The notes beneath the pieces are model-generated. The model had not been told where the DNA came from, made no database searches, and saw nothing but the letters and a program-made list of their open reading frames with translations. A program made the translations under genes and the position numbers. From an uncultured Verrucomicrobiota bacterium (GTDB taxonomy: Bacteria; Verrucomicrobiota; Verrucomicrobiia; Palsa-1439): a stretch of 64,000 bases of DNA. This document shows, piece by piece, positions 38,739 to 47,734 of this stretch (within the stretch, counting starts at the first letter, position 1; each line of letters begins with the position of its first letter). Location of the stretch: assembly GCA_903847335.1 (NCBI GenBank), contig CAINDI010000069.1, positions 1,677 through 65,676 on the forward strand, in the 5' to 3' direction.

Positions 38739-39100
38739 TTCCACTCCAACGCGCCTTTGGCCCATGCGTAAACCAAACCTTCAACCAGCAGTAGCACAAA
38801 CACCATCATGACCACGAATGCGCCGAGACTCAGTCCGTGAAACGCGACCGCCCACGGATAAAGGAATACCGTTTCTGCAGCAAAAATCACATACACCAAT
38901 GCGTAGATGTAATAGCCAACACGGAATTGCACCCACGGATCGCCTTTGGCAGTCAATCCGCATTCGTATGTGTCTATTTTAATCGGCGTCGGCTTATGCG
39001 GCGCGAGTAGACGCGATAAAATCAACGGCGCGAGCGGAAAGGCCACCGCTACACCGAGAAATACCACGACAAATAGATACTGTGTTGAATATGAATCCAT
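38735..39100 (-). CDS. nuoA: NADH-quinone oxidoreductase subunit A
   Basis: ~121 aa, 3 TM; start at [10 protein letters not shown] (alternative Met 21 nt upstream at 39121). Confidence 0.75.
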   Translation of the reverse strand: MDSYSTQYLFVVVFLGVAVAFPLAPLILSRLLAPHKPTPIKIDTYECGLTAKGDPWVQFRVGYYIYALVYVIFAAETVFLYPWAVAFHGLSLGAFVVMMVFVLLLVEGLVYAWAKGALEWK

Positions 39101-39229
39101 TTCGGAATCGGGAACTATCAACCCTGCGACAGGTTACGCTGAGTTCCTAACAAGATTGCCGGAACTTGTCAACAGGCCGGCGCGTCTGTTATTTTACGGC
39201 ATGGGCGCAACTCTCGCAGACCAAAATCA

Positions 39230-40660
39230 ATGACAGCCCAACTCTCTTCTCGTTTGCTCTATGGAATATTGCTCTTAGGCATATGGATCGAAAGCGTTCA
39301 TGCCATTAGCGAGTTCACACCGGTGCGAGTGCGGGATCGTATTGTCATCGTCGCCCCCCACCCTGACGACGAGGTGTTAGCCGCGAGTGGCTTAATCCAA
39401 CAAGCGATCGCGGTCGGTGCAAAAGTAAAAATTATTTATCTGACCAACGGTGACCACAACCAAGCCGCTTATCGTCGCTACACACAACGCCAACAACATC
39501 CAAGCTTCAGGCCGACTCAATTTGCATTGGGCGAACAACGCCGTGTTGAAGCATCTGCCGCAATGCAACTTCTGGGTTTAGCCAGTAAGAATTTAATATT
39601 TCTCGGTTATCCAGATTGGTCAACTTTACGCCTCTGGCGAGACTATTGGGAAACCGACGAAGTACTTTTCAACAATGCGACCGGTGTAGATCGCGTGCCC
39701 TATCCGGAAGATTTCAGTTACCGGCACGCCTACCGGTCGGAGAATATCACCGCCGATCTTTGCGCAACGCTGCGGACATTCAAACCCACTCGCGTTTTTG
39801 TTACGCATCCGTGTGACACCCATCCGGACCATCGCGCCGCCGCCAACTTTGTACAATTGGCGCTGCTAGAATTGGAGGCAGAAGGAATTCGCCCGGAGTT
39901 AGATTTTTATATTGTCCATTTTGGTAGCTGGCCGGCCACGCTTAATTACCATCCTACCTTGCCACTTGAACCACCACGGACGTTGCGCGATGACAGCGAC
40001 TGGCAATCCTTGCCGCTGACCCCAAAACAAATCCAGCGGAAATATCAGGCGATTTTAACCAATCAAACACAAGTCACCGATCAACGCGGACTACTCACCG
40101 CGTTCGCACGAACCAATGAACTTTTCGCCACCGGTCAAGCGCCGACTGTTCCACTACTACCGGAGCACGCGGAATTAGACTGGACGAAAGCCGCGCACTT
40201 GCGAGCGCTGGCCGTCTTACCTTCCGAGAGTGGTTACGTAACAAATAGTCTCGCTGAGTTGCCATCGTCGAAGACGGTAGTGGATTTGGAATGCATTGAT
40301 TTCCTCCGGCAAGATGACGATCTCGTCGCTCAGCTGAACTTGAAAAATCTTACCGGCCAGCGTGGCAACGTGCGGTTGCTTTTATTTGGCTACCGGCAAG
40401 GCACCGCATTCGCAAGTCTGCCGAAAGTTCAAATTAACATCACTCCCGACAATCGTCTAAACGTGCAAATCACCCACGAAGGCGTTGAAGATCCAGGCGT
40501 GACGCTGACCAACATTGATACGCGAATGATTTTACGAATTCCGCTAAAGCTCCTCGGAGGAACTGACATCGACCACCTTTTTGCAACAGCAATTGCGTAT
40601 TTTGGCGCAAAAATTGCCGACGATACCGCTTGGCACCTCCTCCGAATTTCACCAAATTAA
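39230..40660 (+). CDS. PIG-L/LmbE-family N-acetylglucosaminyl deacetylase with extra C-terminal domain
   Basis: 476 aa; signature VIVAPHPDDEVLAASG; N-terminal signal/TM segment; ~230-aa C-terminal extension of unknown fold; divergent from nuoA. Confidence 0.6.
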   Translation: MTAQLSSRLLYGILLLGIWIESVHAISEFTPVRVRDRIVIVAPHPDDEVLAASGLIQQAIAVGAKVKIIYLTNGDHNQAAYRRYTQRQQHPSFRPTQFALGEQRRVEASAAMQLLGLASKNLIFLGYPDWSTLRLWRDYWETDEVLFNNATGVDRVPYPEDFSYRHAYRSENITADLCATLRTFKPTRVFVTHPCDTHPDHRAAANFVQLALLELEAEGIRPELDFYIVHFGSWPATLNYHPTLPLEPPRTLRDDSDWQSLPLTPKQIQRKYQAILTNQTQVTDQRGLLTAFARTNELFATGQAPTVPLLPEHAELDWTKAAHLRALAVLPSESGYVTNSLAELPSSKTVVDLECIDFLRQDDDLVAQLNLKNLTGQRGNVRLLLFGYRQGTAFASLPKVQINITPDNRLNVQITHEGVEDPGVTLTNIDTRMILRIPLKLLGGTDIDHLFATAIAYFGAKIADDTAWHLLRISPN

Positions 40661-40732
40661 ACGGCTTTTAAAAAAGCCACCGGTGACAATTGACTTGCCT
40701 CGAAGGAAATTTTCCGCACAATGGCAACGCAA

Positions 40733-40809
40733 CGGGACGTAGCGAAGTTTGGTATCGCGTCTGCTTTGGGAGCAGAAGATCCCGGGTTCAAATCCCGGCG
40801 TCCCGACCA
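40733..40809 (+). tRNA. tRNA-Pro (anticodon TGG)
   Basis: manual cloverleaf: acceptor CGGGACG/CGTCCCG, D-stem GCGA/TCGC, anticodon stem TCTGC/GCAGA with loop TTTGGGA (anticodon TGG), T-arm CCGGG-TTCAAAT-CCCGG, discriminator A, encoded CCA. Confidence 0.8.
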
Positions 40810-40812
40810 CTT

Positions 40813-42540
40813 TTACGGCAACGACAACTGCTCGATGTACCGGTCTTCAAAACCGGCGTCTAAATTCAACTCCACCACGTCCATCTTCTTAGCGGCGCGG
40901 GCAATTTCATCCAACGCACCGCAATCTAGCAACGCCAAATACGCGCCAGCCAAACTGGTGTTGCCGACCACTTCAATTTGCTCCGGTACAAATCCCGGCA
41001 ACAATCCACACGCAATTGCATTCTCGCGATCGAGGTGCAAACCAAATCCACCGGCAAGATAGAGTTTTTTAATCTGCGCGGGTTTCAACCCGGCGCGCTC
41101 CAACAACGTCAGAATACCGGCAGCAATCGCCGCCTTCGCCTGCATCAATCCAGCAATGTCCATTTCCGTCACCACGATATCAGTCTTACCGGAACCTGTC
41201 GCCACCCGCAACGCCCGGCCATAATCTTTCCACGGCATTGTCTGCTCCGTAAACGCATTCTCAAACCGCCCGCGCTCGTTCAGAAAACCGGTGGCGCGGC
41301 CTTCCGCTAGAAAATCCACATACGCCGTCCCGCACAAACCAATCGGCATCCCCTGCCCGATTTTTTCCAGCGCAACTGAAAATGGATTTGGATTCAATTT
41401 TATATGCGCAATCGCACCGGCGGTGGCGCGAACGCCGTTAGTCATCCCGGCGCCTTCAAACGCCGGACCCGCTGCCGTGGCGCAGCCGGAAAGATTGTTG
41501 CCGCGCTTCAGGATGATTTCTCCATTCGTTCCGACATCCACCAACAACGCCGGACCTTCGTCGTACACCAAGCCGGTCGCGAATGCGCCGGCGGTTAAAT
41601 CCGCACCGACATACGCTGCGGCACTCGGTAAGAGATGAATTATGAACGACCAGCCGGGAATCGCTGCGAGCCGGTGCTCCAGAAATGTCGCTGTGAACGG
41701 CGCCAACCCCATCGACGACGGATCCACTCCGGCAAACAAATGCAACATGGTTGTGTTCGCCGCCACCGTCATACACCGGACTTGCGCTAACGTTGCGCCA
41801 GCCTTGCTGAGTGCTTCATTGAGTAATGGTTTTAGCGTTTCCTCGACAATCAAATCTTGCAAATGCTTGAGTTGAGTCGGGTCGGTACTGCAAAGATTAA
41901 TCCGCGTCAGAACGTCGTCGCCGAGATGCATCTGCCGATTGAAGTTTGCCGCGCCGCCCAACACTTTGCCATCGCGTAAATCGCAAATGAGCAACGCCAC
42001 CGTCGTCGTGCCGATGTCCACCGCCACGCCGAGCGGTTGCGCCTCCGGTGTTGCGGAAACGCTAGTCACAAGCCAATGGTCGTCTCGGTATTCGAGCGTC
42101 GCAATCGCGTCCACCGGCAGGTTCGGCGTCACACGGACCGGTCGCCGGCGTTGAATACCAGCTACACCATTCGCCGGTACCGCAACCTGTTGCCAGAGCG
42201 GATCGTGAGCGCGCGGAACATTCGTTTTGAATTCGCTGACAACCTGCGGTTCGTACGCTAACAACGAGCGCGCCGGAATCCGCACGGTTACCGGACCGTC
42301 GTGTGCGAGCCGGTATTCGCAACCGCGCAAAGCTTGACCGGTACCGGTCACAGTTTCACCGGTCGCCATATTCGTGAGACTACCGGTGAGCAATTCAATA
42401 ATGCAACCATCACACAAACCGCGCTGACCACACCGGGTATTCAGTGGAAAATGTTTTCGCCGGAGCAAATCGCTCAAACGCTCGGCACCGGTGACGTTGA
42501 GAACTTGCGGACCTTTGGCAGTTTCGATGGTGAGATTCAT
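40813..42540 (-). CDS. RACo-like reductive activator of corrinoid proteins (N-terminal 2Fe-2S ferredoxin + ASKHA ATPase domain, DUF4445)
   Basis: 575 aa; plant-type ferredoxin motif CGQRGLCDGC; actin-like ATPase GVAVDIGTTTV and GGFG motifs; architecture of corrinoid activation proteins. Confidence 0.7.
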   Translation of the reverse strand: MNLTIETAKGPQVLNVTGAERLSDLLRRKHFPLNTRCGQRGLCDGCIIELLTGSLTNMATGETVTGTGQALRGCEYRLAHDGPVTVRIPARSLLAYEPQVVSEFKTNVPRAHDPLWQQVAVPANGVAGIQRRRPVRVTPNLPVDAIATLEYRDDHWLVTSVSATPEAQPLGVAVDIGTTTVALLICDLRDGKVLGGAANFNRQMHLGDDVLTRINLCSTDPTQLKHLQDLIVEETLKPLLNEALSKAGATLAQVRCMTVAANTTMLHLFAGVDPSSMGLAPFTATFLEHRLAAIPGWSFIIHLLPSAAAYVGADLTAGAFATGLVYDEGPALLVDVGTNGEIILKRGNNLSGCATAAGPAFEGAGMTNGVRATAGAIAHIKLNPNPFSVALEKIGQGMPIGLCGTAYVDFLAEGRATGFLNERGRFENAFTEQTMPWKDYGRALRVATGSGKTDIVVTEMDIAGLMQAKAAIAAGILTLLERAGLKPAQIKKLYLAGGFGLHLDRENAIACGLLPGFVPEQIEVVGNTSLAGAYLALLDCGALDEIARAAKKMDVVELNLDAGFEDRYIEQLSLP

Positions 42541-43259
42541 GGCACGAGTTCAATCACGCGTTCGTCGGCGACCAGCCGGAAAGTTTGCCCGGGAGGGACG
42601 ACAAGAAACCGGTCATTATCCCACGGACCGGAGAGCAATGCTTTCAGTAGAGATGGATCGCCAGCTTGGCAATCGCATTTCCAGCCGAGCCAATCCGCGC
42701 ATTTTTTGGTGTAGGCGTGTTGCTGCTCAACGTCACCGGTGTCGAGGTGCACAAACGCGGCGTTATCGTATTTTTTGAACCAAGCCTGTTCAGTCTCCAT
42801 CAAAAAATCGGCATTGTCCTCGCCGTATTTTTCGACGTACTCGCCCCGGGTTTGCTCATACCGTTCCTTGCCGGGTGGGGCGTGATGTTTATTCCAGCCG
42901 ATGCTGTACCAGTAGGTCCCGGGATTTTGCTTCACGTATTCCGCGTAGCGTTCTTTACTGCCGAGTAGATGCGTGATGCAATCGTGTGCGCGGGCGATAA
43001 CGAGTCGGCACCGATTTGTTTTCACGCCTTCGGTACCGCGACTGCACAAGCCGTAACCGAGAACGATAACTTCGGCATTCGTCTCCACCTCGACCCGGTT
43101 AATGGCGGCCTGAACGGTGGTTCGTAGTTTATCCGGCTCTCGGTGTAAAGCCCACTCGAGTTTCTCGATTCGAACGATGTGCGTCAAATCGGTCGCGAAA
43201 TGCGCGATTTCCGTTTCGAGGACGGCGCAGGTGATGACAGCGACACGCGGTGTATTCAT
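42537..43259 (-). CDS. DUF1638 domain protein (accessory protein of corrinoid methyltransferase loci)
   Basis: 240 aa; overlaps RACo start; my recollection is that the DUF1638 family co-occurs with corrinoid protein/methyltransferase genes. Confidence 0.55.
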   Translation of the reverse strand: MNTPRVAVITCAVLETEIAHFATDLTHIVRIEKLEWALHREPDKLRTTVQAAINRVEVETNAEVIVLGYGLCSRGTEGVKTNRCRLVIARAHDCITHLLGSKERYAEYVKQNPGTYWYSIGWNKHHAPPGKERYEQTRGEYVEKYGEDNADFLMETEQAWFKKYDNAAFVHLDTGDVEQQHAYTKKCADWLGWKCDCQAGDPSLLKALLSGPWDNDRFLVVPPGQTFRLVADERVIELVP

Positions 43260-43271
43260 GAGCGCAATAAT

Positions 43272-44165
43272 TTAGCGACCAATCTCCGGTATGTCCAGAC
43301 TCGGAATCTGGAGATGTTGGATGACGGGATTACCGGTGATGAGAAACCCGGATTGCATCGAGGCCCGGTAATCACGCGGCGAAAGCCCATACACTTTGTG
43401 GAACTTGTTCGAGAAATGATAGGGCGAGGCAAAACCGACGATGTCGGCAATTTGGCGAATCCGCAAATTGCTCCGGAGCAGCAACGACGCGGCGCGTTCC
43501 AGTCGGGCGAGACCCGCGCATTCCAGCGGACCGAGATCGAGATGGCGGCGAAATAGCCGGCAGAGATATTCCGGTGAGACGTGCGCGGCTTTCGCCAACG
43601 CGGTTAAGGTAATCGGCAACGGCGGGTCGTGCGCAAGAGCTTGCCGGATTGAACGGAGTGTTTTTTGGACAGCCGGCGGCAGATTTTCCAGCGGTTCCAA
43701 GGCGATGGCGGTTTGATTATCGAGAAATCCGCGCAGCATTAGAGTGACCGCCGCTTCGAGTAGTGGAGTGTGAATCGGTTTCTGATTTTGAGCCATACCG
43801 ATGACGTACCGGAACATCGGGCGTAAAATATCTTCCGGTGTCATGGTTCGGTTCAGCGGCCATTCGTTTAACGGCGGCCAGCCGGGGTCGGAGTAGTCGA
43901 AGCTAAAGTGAAAAAATGCCTGCATTGTCCGACGCGTCGAATCCCAATCGTACCGGTCAGTCATGCCGGGGCGTCCCAAAAGAACGGTACCGGCAGGGGC
44001 ATCGATATTCCGGCCATCGAAACTTGCTTTGGCGTGGCCGTCAATAATCCAGACGAATTCAAAGTCATGCAGTAAGCGCGGCCCAAAAGTCGCCCCCGGA
44101 GGATAGACGGAAATCCCGGCGTTGCCAACGAGCAGGCCTTCTGTGGTGGTAAAAGCCATGGTCAA
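43272..44165 (-). CDS. AraC-family transcriptional regulator
   Basis: C-terminal double HTH (YLCRLFRRHL...IADIVGFASPYHFSNKFHKVYGLSPRDYR); N-terminal cupin-like sensing domain. Confidence 0.75.
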   Translation of the reverse strand: MTMAFTTTEGLLVGNAGISVYPPGATFGPRLLHDFEFVWIIDGHAKASFDGRNIDAPAGTVLLGRPGMTDRYDWDSTRRTMQAFFHFSFDYSDPGWPPLNEWPLNRTMTPEDILRPMFRYVIGMAQNQKPIHTPLLEAAVTLMLRGFLDNQTAIALEPLENLPPAVQKTLRSIRQALAHDPPLPITLTALAKAAHVSPEYLCRLFRRHLDLGPLECAGLARLERAASLLLRSNLRIRQIADIVGFASPYHFSNKFHKVYGLSPRDYRASMQSGFLITGNPVIQHLQIPSLDIPEIGR

Positions 44166-44297
44166 TTACCGGTAGGTTTCCGTAATTTTAAGATATTGTC
44201 AAGAATGCAAGCTTCTGGTAATTCTGACGACAGTTGCAACAGGCCGGTGTTTCATCATGGTCAATTCACGGCAGGCGCAACCATAAAAGGAAATCAA

Positions 44298-44930
44298 ATG
44301 AGCGAACTACAGAAACTGTCCGAGTCCGTAGAAAAAGGTAATCGTAACGAAGCCAAGCGGATTACGAATGAACTCCTCGCCGCCGGTATGAAACCACTCG
44401 ACGTCGTCGAACAAGGTCTCGTCCCCGGCATGAACACCATTGGCGAAAAGTTTAAGAACAACCAGATTTTTGTCCCCGAAATGCTCATCGCCGCCCGCGC
44501 TATGAAAGAAGCGATGGCGATTCTCGAACCACTTCTCGTTAAAGCCGGCATCAAGCCTGCGTTTACTGCCGTCATCGGCACTGTGCAAGGCGATCTCCAT
44601 GACATCGGCAAGAATCTTGTCGCCATGATGTGGAAAGGTGCAAACTTCGGTGTCGTTGACCTCGGAACGAATGTAACGCCAGAAAAATTTGTCGCGGCTG
44701 CCAAAGAACATAACGCTCAGGTTATCGGTCTCTCCGCGTTGTTGACCACCACAATGCCGGCAATGAAGACCACAATTGCCGCCGTCAAAGCGGCGGGCCT
44801 CACCGGTGTTAAAATCGTCATCGGTGGCGCGCCAATCACCAGCGAGTTCGCCAAAGAAATCGGTGCTGACGCTTTTGCACCCGACGCCGCCAGCGCGGTG
44901 GATGTCGTCCGAAATCTTATTGCGGCGTAA
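44298..44930 (+). CDS. cobalamin-binding corrinoid protein (MtaC/MtbC/MetH-B12-domain-like)
   Basis: start at MSELQKL (good AAGGA SD); B12-binding-cap helix bundle, then Rossmann domain with DxHxxG (GDLHDIGKN) and GG motif. Confidence 0.8.
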   Translation: MSELQKLSESVEKGNRNEAKRITNELLAAGMKPLDVVEQGLVPGMNTIGEKFKNNQIFVPEMLIAARAMKEAMAILEPLLVKAGIKPAFTAVIGTVQGDLHDIGKNLVAMMWKGANFGVVDLGTNVTPEKFVAAAKEHNAQVIGLSALLTTTMPAMKTTIAAVKAAGLTGVKIVIGGAPITSEFAKEIGADAFAPDAASAVDVVRNLIAA

Positions 44931-44943
44931 ATTCGACAATAAC

Positions 44944-45780
44944 CTATTGAAAGTCGCGCCGGTAAGCAGCAGGCGAGCGTCCCATTGTCTTTTTGAAGAC
45001 TCGGTAGAATTGTGGGTAGCTCCCAAAACCGGCCTCCAGTGCTGCCGTGAGCATTTTCATCCGCTGACCGGTTCCGTAGAGTTGTAAAAAACGCTCGATC
45101 CGCTGCCGGTTGCGAAAGTCGAGTAAAGTCACGCCAGTCTGTTGCTTGAATAAATGGCTTAACCGGGAAGGACTCAGACCGGCCTGGTGCGCCAGTTCTT
45201 CAATGGACAGCGCTGCGCCAGCGTCACGAATCAAGTAGGTTGCCTTTTCCACAGCCGGATGGACATCGCTACCAGTTAAATTATCACCGGTGGTGATAAA
45301 TTTTTCCCAAGTTAATAAAAGCGCGTAGGCCAAACCAGTGTTAAAAAGACTGTCTTGATTCCGGGCGGCTTCAATTTCTTCGTATACCAATTCAAGGCGA
45401 TTGAATGTCGCCGCTGTTAAACGACGATTGCATTGACCATCGGGATTGGTTTCGCGCAAGGTTTGGGCGTTCGTGTCACAAACGATTCGATCAATAAGTT
45501 GCGGTTTGAAAACACCAATCCACATTTTGAAATCCGGCGATTGATCGATCAACACATGTTCCTGTGCCGGAAAAAGCCAGAGTAAATCACCCCGGCGAAT
45601 TTGGTATTTACGCTTCGCTAAAAGATAGCAAGCCGTACCTTGTGTGATCAGATTAAATTCCAGTTCGGCATGATGATGCATGGGCACAACGCGCCCTTGA
45701 TTCTGATACAACCAGAGATTCCCATCGTGGTTATCTGGCAGGTTTAACCGTGATTTCATAACAGCTGCAAATGATAACAC
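44944..45780 (-). CDS. AraC-family transcriptional regulator (second copy)
   Basis: C-terminal AraC HTH (LAHQAGLSPSRLSHLFKQ...GFGSYPQFYRVFKKTMGRSPAAYRR); cupin-like N-terminal domain. Confidence 0.75.
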   Translation of the reverse strand: MLSFAAVMKSRLNLPDNHDGNLWLYQNQGRVVPMHHHAELEFNLITQGTACYLLAKRKYQIRRGDLLWLFPAQEHVLIDQSPDFKMWIGVFKPQLIDRIVCDTNAQTLRETNPDGQCNRRLTAATFNRLELVYEEIEAARNQDSLFNTGLAYALLLTWEKFITTGDNLTGSDVHPAVEKATYLIRDAGAALSIEELAHQAGLSPSRLSHLFKQQTGVTLLDFRNRQRIERFLQLYGTGQRMKMLTAALEAGFGSYPQFYRVFKKTMGRSPAAYRRDFQ

Positions 45781-45833
45781 GTCGCCTGAAAATGAGAAGT
45801 CGCCGCAATAGTTATCTGTTAGAATTTTAACTC

Positions 45834-46631
45834 ATGAATATTATTACCGAAGCTCATCGTGAATTGTACCAGAAAGAAGGCTACATGATTTTGCCGGGGG
45901 TAATCCCGCCAAATCTATTAAAAATGTTACGAGAGGAATGTTCGTATTTCCTCGGATATTACGATTCCCAAATGGATGCACGCCGTGTGCAAGTGGACGG
46001 CATCAACCACCGTGGAAAGCGCTATTTCATCAACAATCGTTATCGTCTAAGCAACCGGCTGTGGGAGTTTATTTTCAGTCCGCTAATGGCCGAGATCGCC
46101 CAAGCCGCACTCGGTCCAGATGTATATTTATTTCACGAACAATGGGTCGTTAAAGGCGCAGAGCAAGGGATGAAATTCGCTTGGCATCAGGATAGTGGGT
46201 ACGTGAAATACGGCGATCCGCAAACCAAGCACAAACCGTACGTCACTTGCTGGTGCACACTCGACGATGTGAATGAAGCCAACGGTACCGTTTATCTTTT
46301 ACCGCACTCACGCGGAGGCACAAAGAACACAATTTTTGATCACACCAAACAAGCCGGTACAAACGATCTGATTGGCTATACCGGAAATGATCCCGGCGAT
46401 CCGCTCCTTGTGCCCGCTGGTAGCATTGTGGCATTTACTAGCTACAACTTCCATCGAAGCGGTGCCAACACCACCAATCGGATGCGGCGCGTTTACCTCC
46501 CACAATACAGCTCCGAACCGATCACTCGCGCCACCGGAGAGTTTTGGCAACTCGCGACACCCTTCGTTAAAGACAATCAAATTATCTACAACCGCGCGAA
46601 TGATACCGCCGAGAACTACGGACCAAAATGA
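45834..46631 (+). CDS. phytanoyl-CoA dioxygenase (PhyH) family Fe(II)/2-oxoglutarate oxygenase
   Basis: 265 aa; HxD facial-triad motif (FAWHQDSGY) and a distal His near the C-terminus. Confidence 0.7.
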   Translation: MNIITEAHRELYQKEGYMILPGVIPPNLLKMLREECSYFLGYYDSQMDARRVQVDGINHRGKRYFINNRYRLSNRLWEFIFSPLMAEIAQAALGPDVYLFHEQWVVKGAEQGMKFAWHQDSGYVKYGDPQTKHKPYVTCWCTLDDVNEANGTVYLLPHSRGGTKNTIFDHTKQAGTNDLIGYTGNDPGDPLLVPAGSIVAFTSYNFHRSGANTTNRMRRVYLPQYSSEPITRATGEFWQLATPFVKDNQIIYNRANDTAENYGPK

Positions 46632-47716
46632 ACGACACACTCCAATGGAAGTCAGATTGGCTACAAGCTCGACAAGCACTGACCGCATGGTGGGAACATC
46701 GCGGTTTGGCGTTGCACATCACCGCGCCGAAAAATCCGCCGTGGGAAAATATTCCCCACCCTGGTAAACCGCGTGATCTCCAGCAGCAATGGACTGACTT
46801 AGATTATTGGGTCGCGACTTACGAACACGAAATGGCGCATACATTTTATGGTGGCGTCTCCTTTCCACGTTTATGGACGCTTGTCGGTGGTCCCGGCAGT
46901 CTCGGTTTATTCCTTGGCGCAAACGGCGTGCTTTCGCCTTCCACCGTGTGGTACGACCCGGTGATTCATGAGCCAGAATCATATCCACCATTCCGGCTCG
47001 ATAAATCCGGCACTTGGTGGCGGCGGCATATGGATGTCATTGAACTCAGCCAGCACCGGTCGCGCGGTCGGTATCTAGTCGGGTTTCCGGATATTGTTGA
47101 GAACATTGATACACTCGCGCAATTACGCGACGGCCAATTGTTGTTGATGGATTTACTGGAGCGACCGGACTGGGTGAAATCCAGGCTCACGGAAATCAAC
47201 GCCGCATTTTTTGAATGTTACGAAGATTTTTGGCAACGCTTACGCGATCCGTGGGGTGGTTCAACTTTCTGCGCGTTTGATCTCTGGGGCCCTGGTAAAA
47301 CCTGCAAAATTCAATGCGATTTCTCCTGCATGATTTCAACTGATATGTTTCAGGAGTTCGTCGTACCTGGACTGACAGAACAATGCGAACGGCTGGATTA
47401 CGTGATGTACCATCTTGACGGAACAAACGCCGTCCATCAACTCGATGCTTTACTCGAAATTGAAGCGCTGGCCGCCATCGAATGGACGCCTCAATCCGGT
47501 CTTCCCGGTGGCGGTTCACCACAATGGTATGACATGTACCGGCGCATCAAAGCCGCCGGTAAGAGCGTCCAAGCTGTCGGCGTGAAACCGGAAGAAATCG
47601 CGCCGCTCATTGACGCGGTTGGCGCGGATGGTTTGTATGTTTTGACCACCGGCACCTCGACAGAGGCAGAAGCGCGCGCCCTACTCCATCGTTTTGGCTG
47701 GCAAGGCGACGCCTGA
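46628..47716 (+). CDS. URO-D/MtaA-superfamily TIM-barrel protein, putative corrinoid-dependent methyltransferase (atypical)
   Basis: 362 aa; the C-terminal half resembles uroporphyrinogen decarboxylase / MtaA: AFDLWGPG versus IFDTWGG, and VMYHLDGTNAVHQLDALLEIEAL versus ILHICGDTTPILEDMADTGADAL; the Zn-ligand Cys of HxCG is replaced by Asp. This is an alignment by eye, not a computed one. Confidence 0.4.
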   Translation: MNDTLQWKSDWLQARQALTAWWEHRGLALHITAPKNPPWENIPHPGKPRDLQQQWTDLDYWVATYEHEMAHTFYGGVSFPRLWTLVGGPGSLGLFLGANGVLSPSTVWYDPVIHEPESYPPFRLDKSGTWWRRHMDVIELSQHRSRGRYLVGFPDIVENIDTLAQLRDGQLLLMDLLERPDWVKSRLTEINAAFFECYEDFWQRLRDPWGGSTFCAFDLWGPGKTCKIQCDFSCMISTDMFQEFVVPGLTEQCERLDYVMYHLDGTNAVHQLDALLEIEALAAIEWTPQSGLPGGGSPQWYDMYRRIKAAGKSVQAVGVKPEEIAPLIDAVGADGLYVLTTGTSTEAEARALLHRFGWQGDA

Positions 47717-47734
47717 TTCATATACCTTTCCAGC

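Noticed and set aside
40721-41062. 113-aa plus-strand ORF starting inside the tRNA-Pro region
   Set aside because: It overlaps a well-formed tRNA and the C-terminus of the RACo-like gene on the other strand. Spurious.
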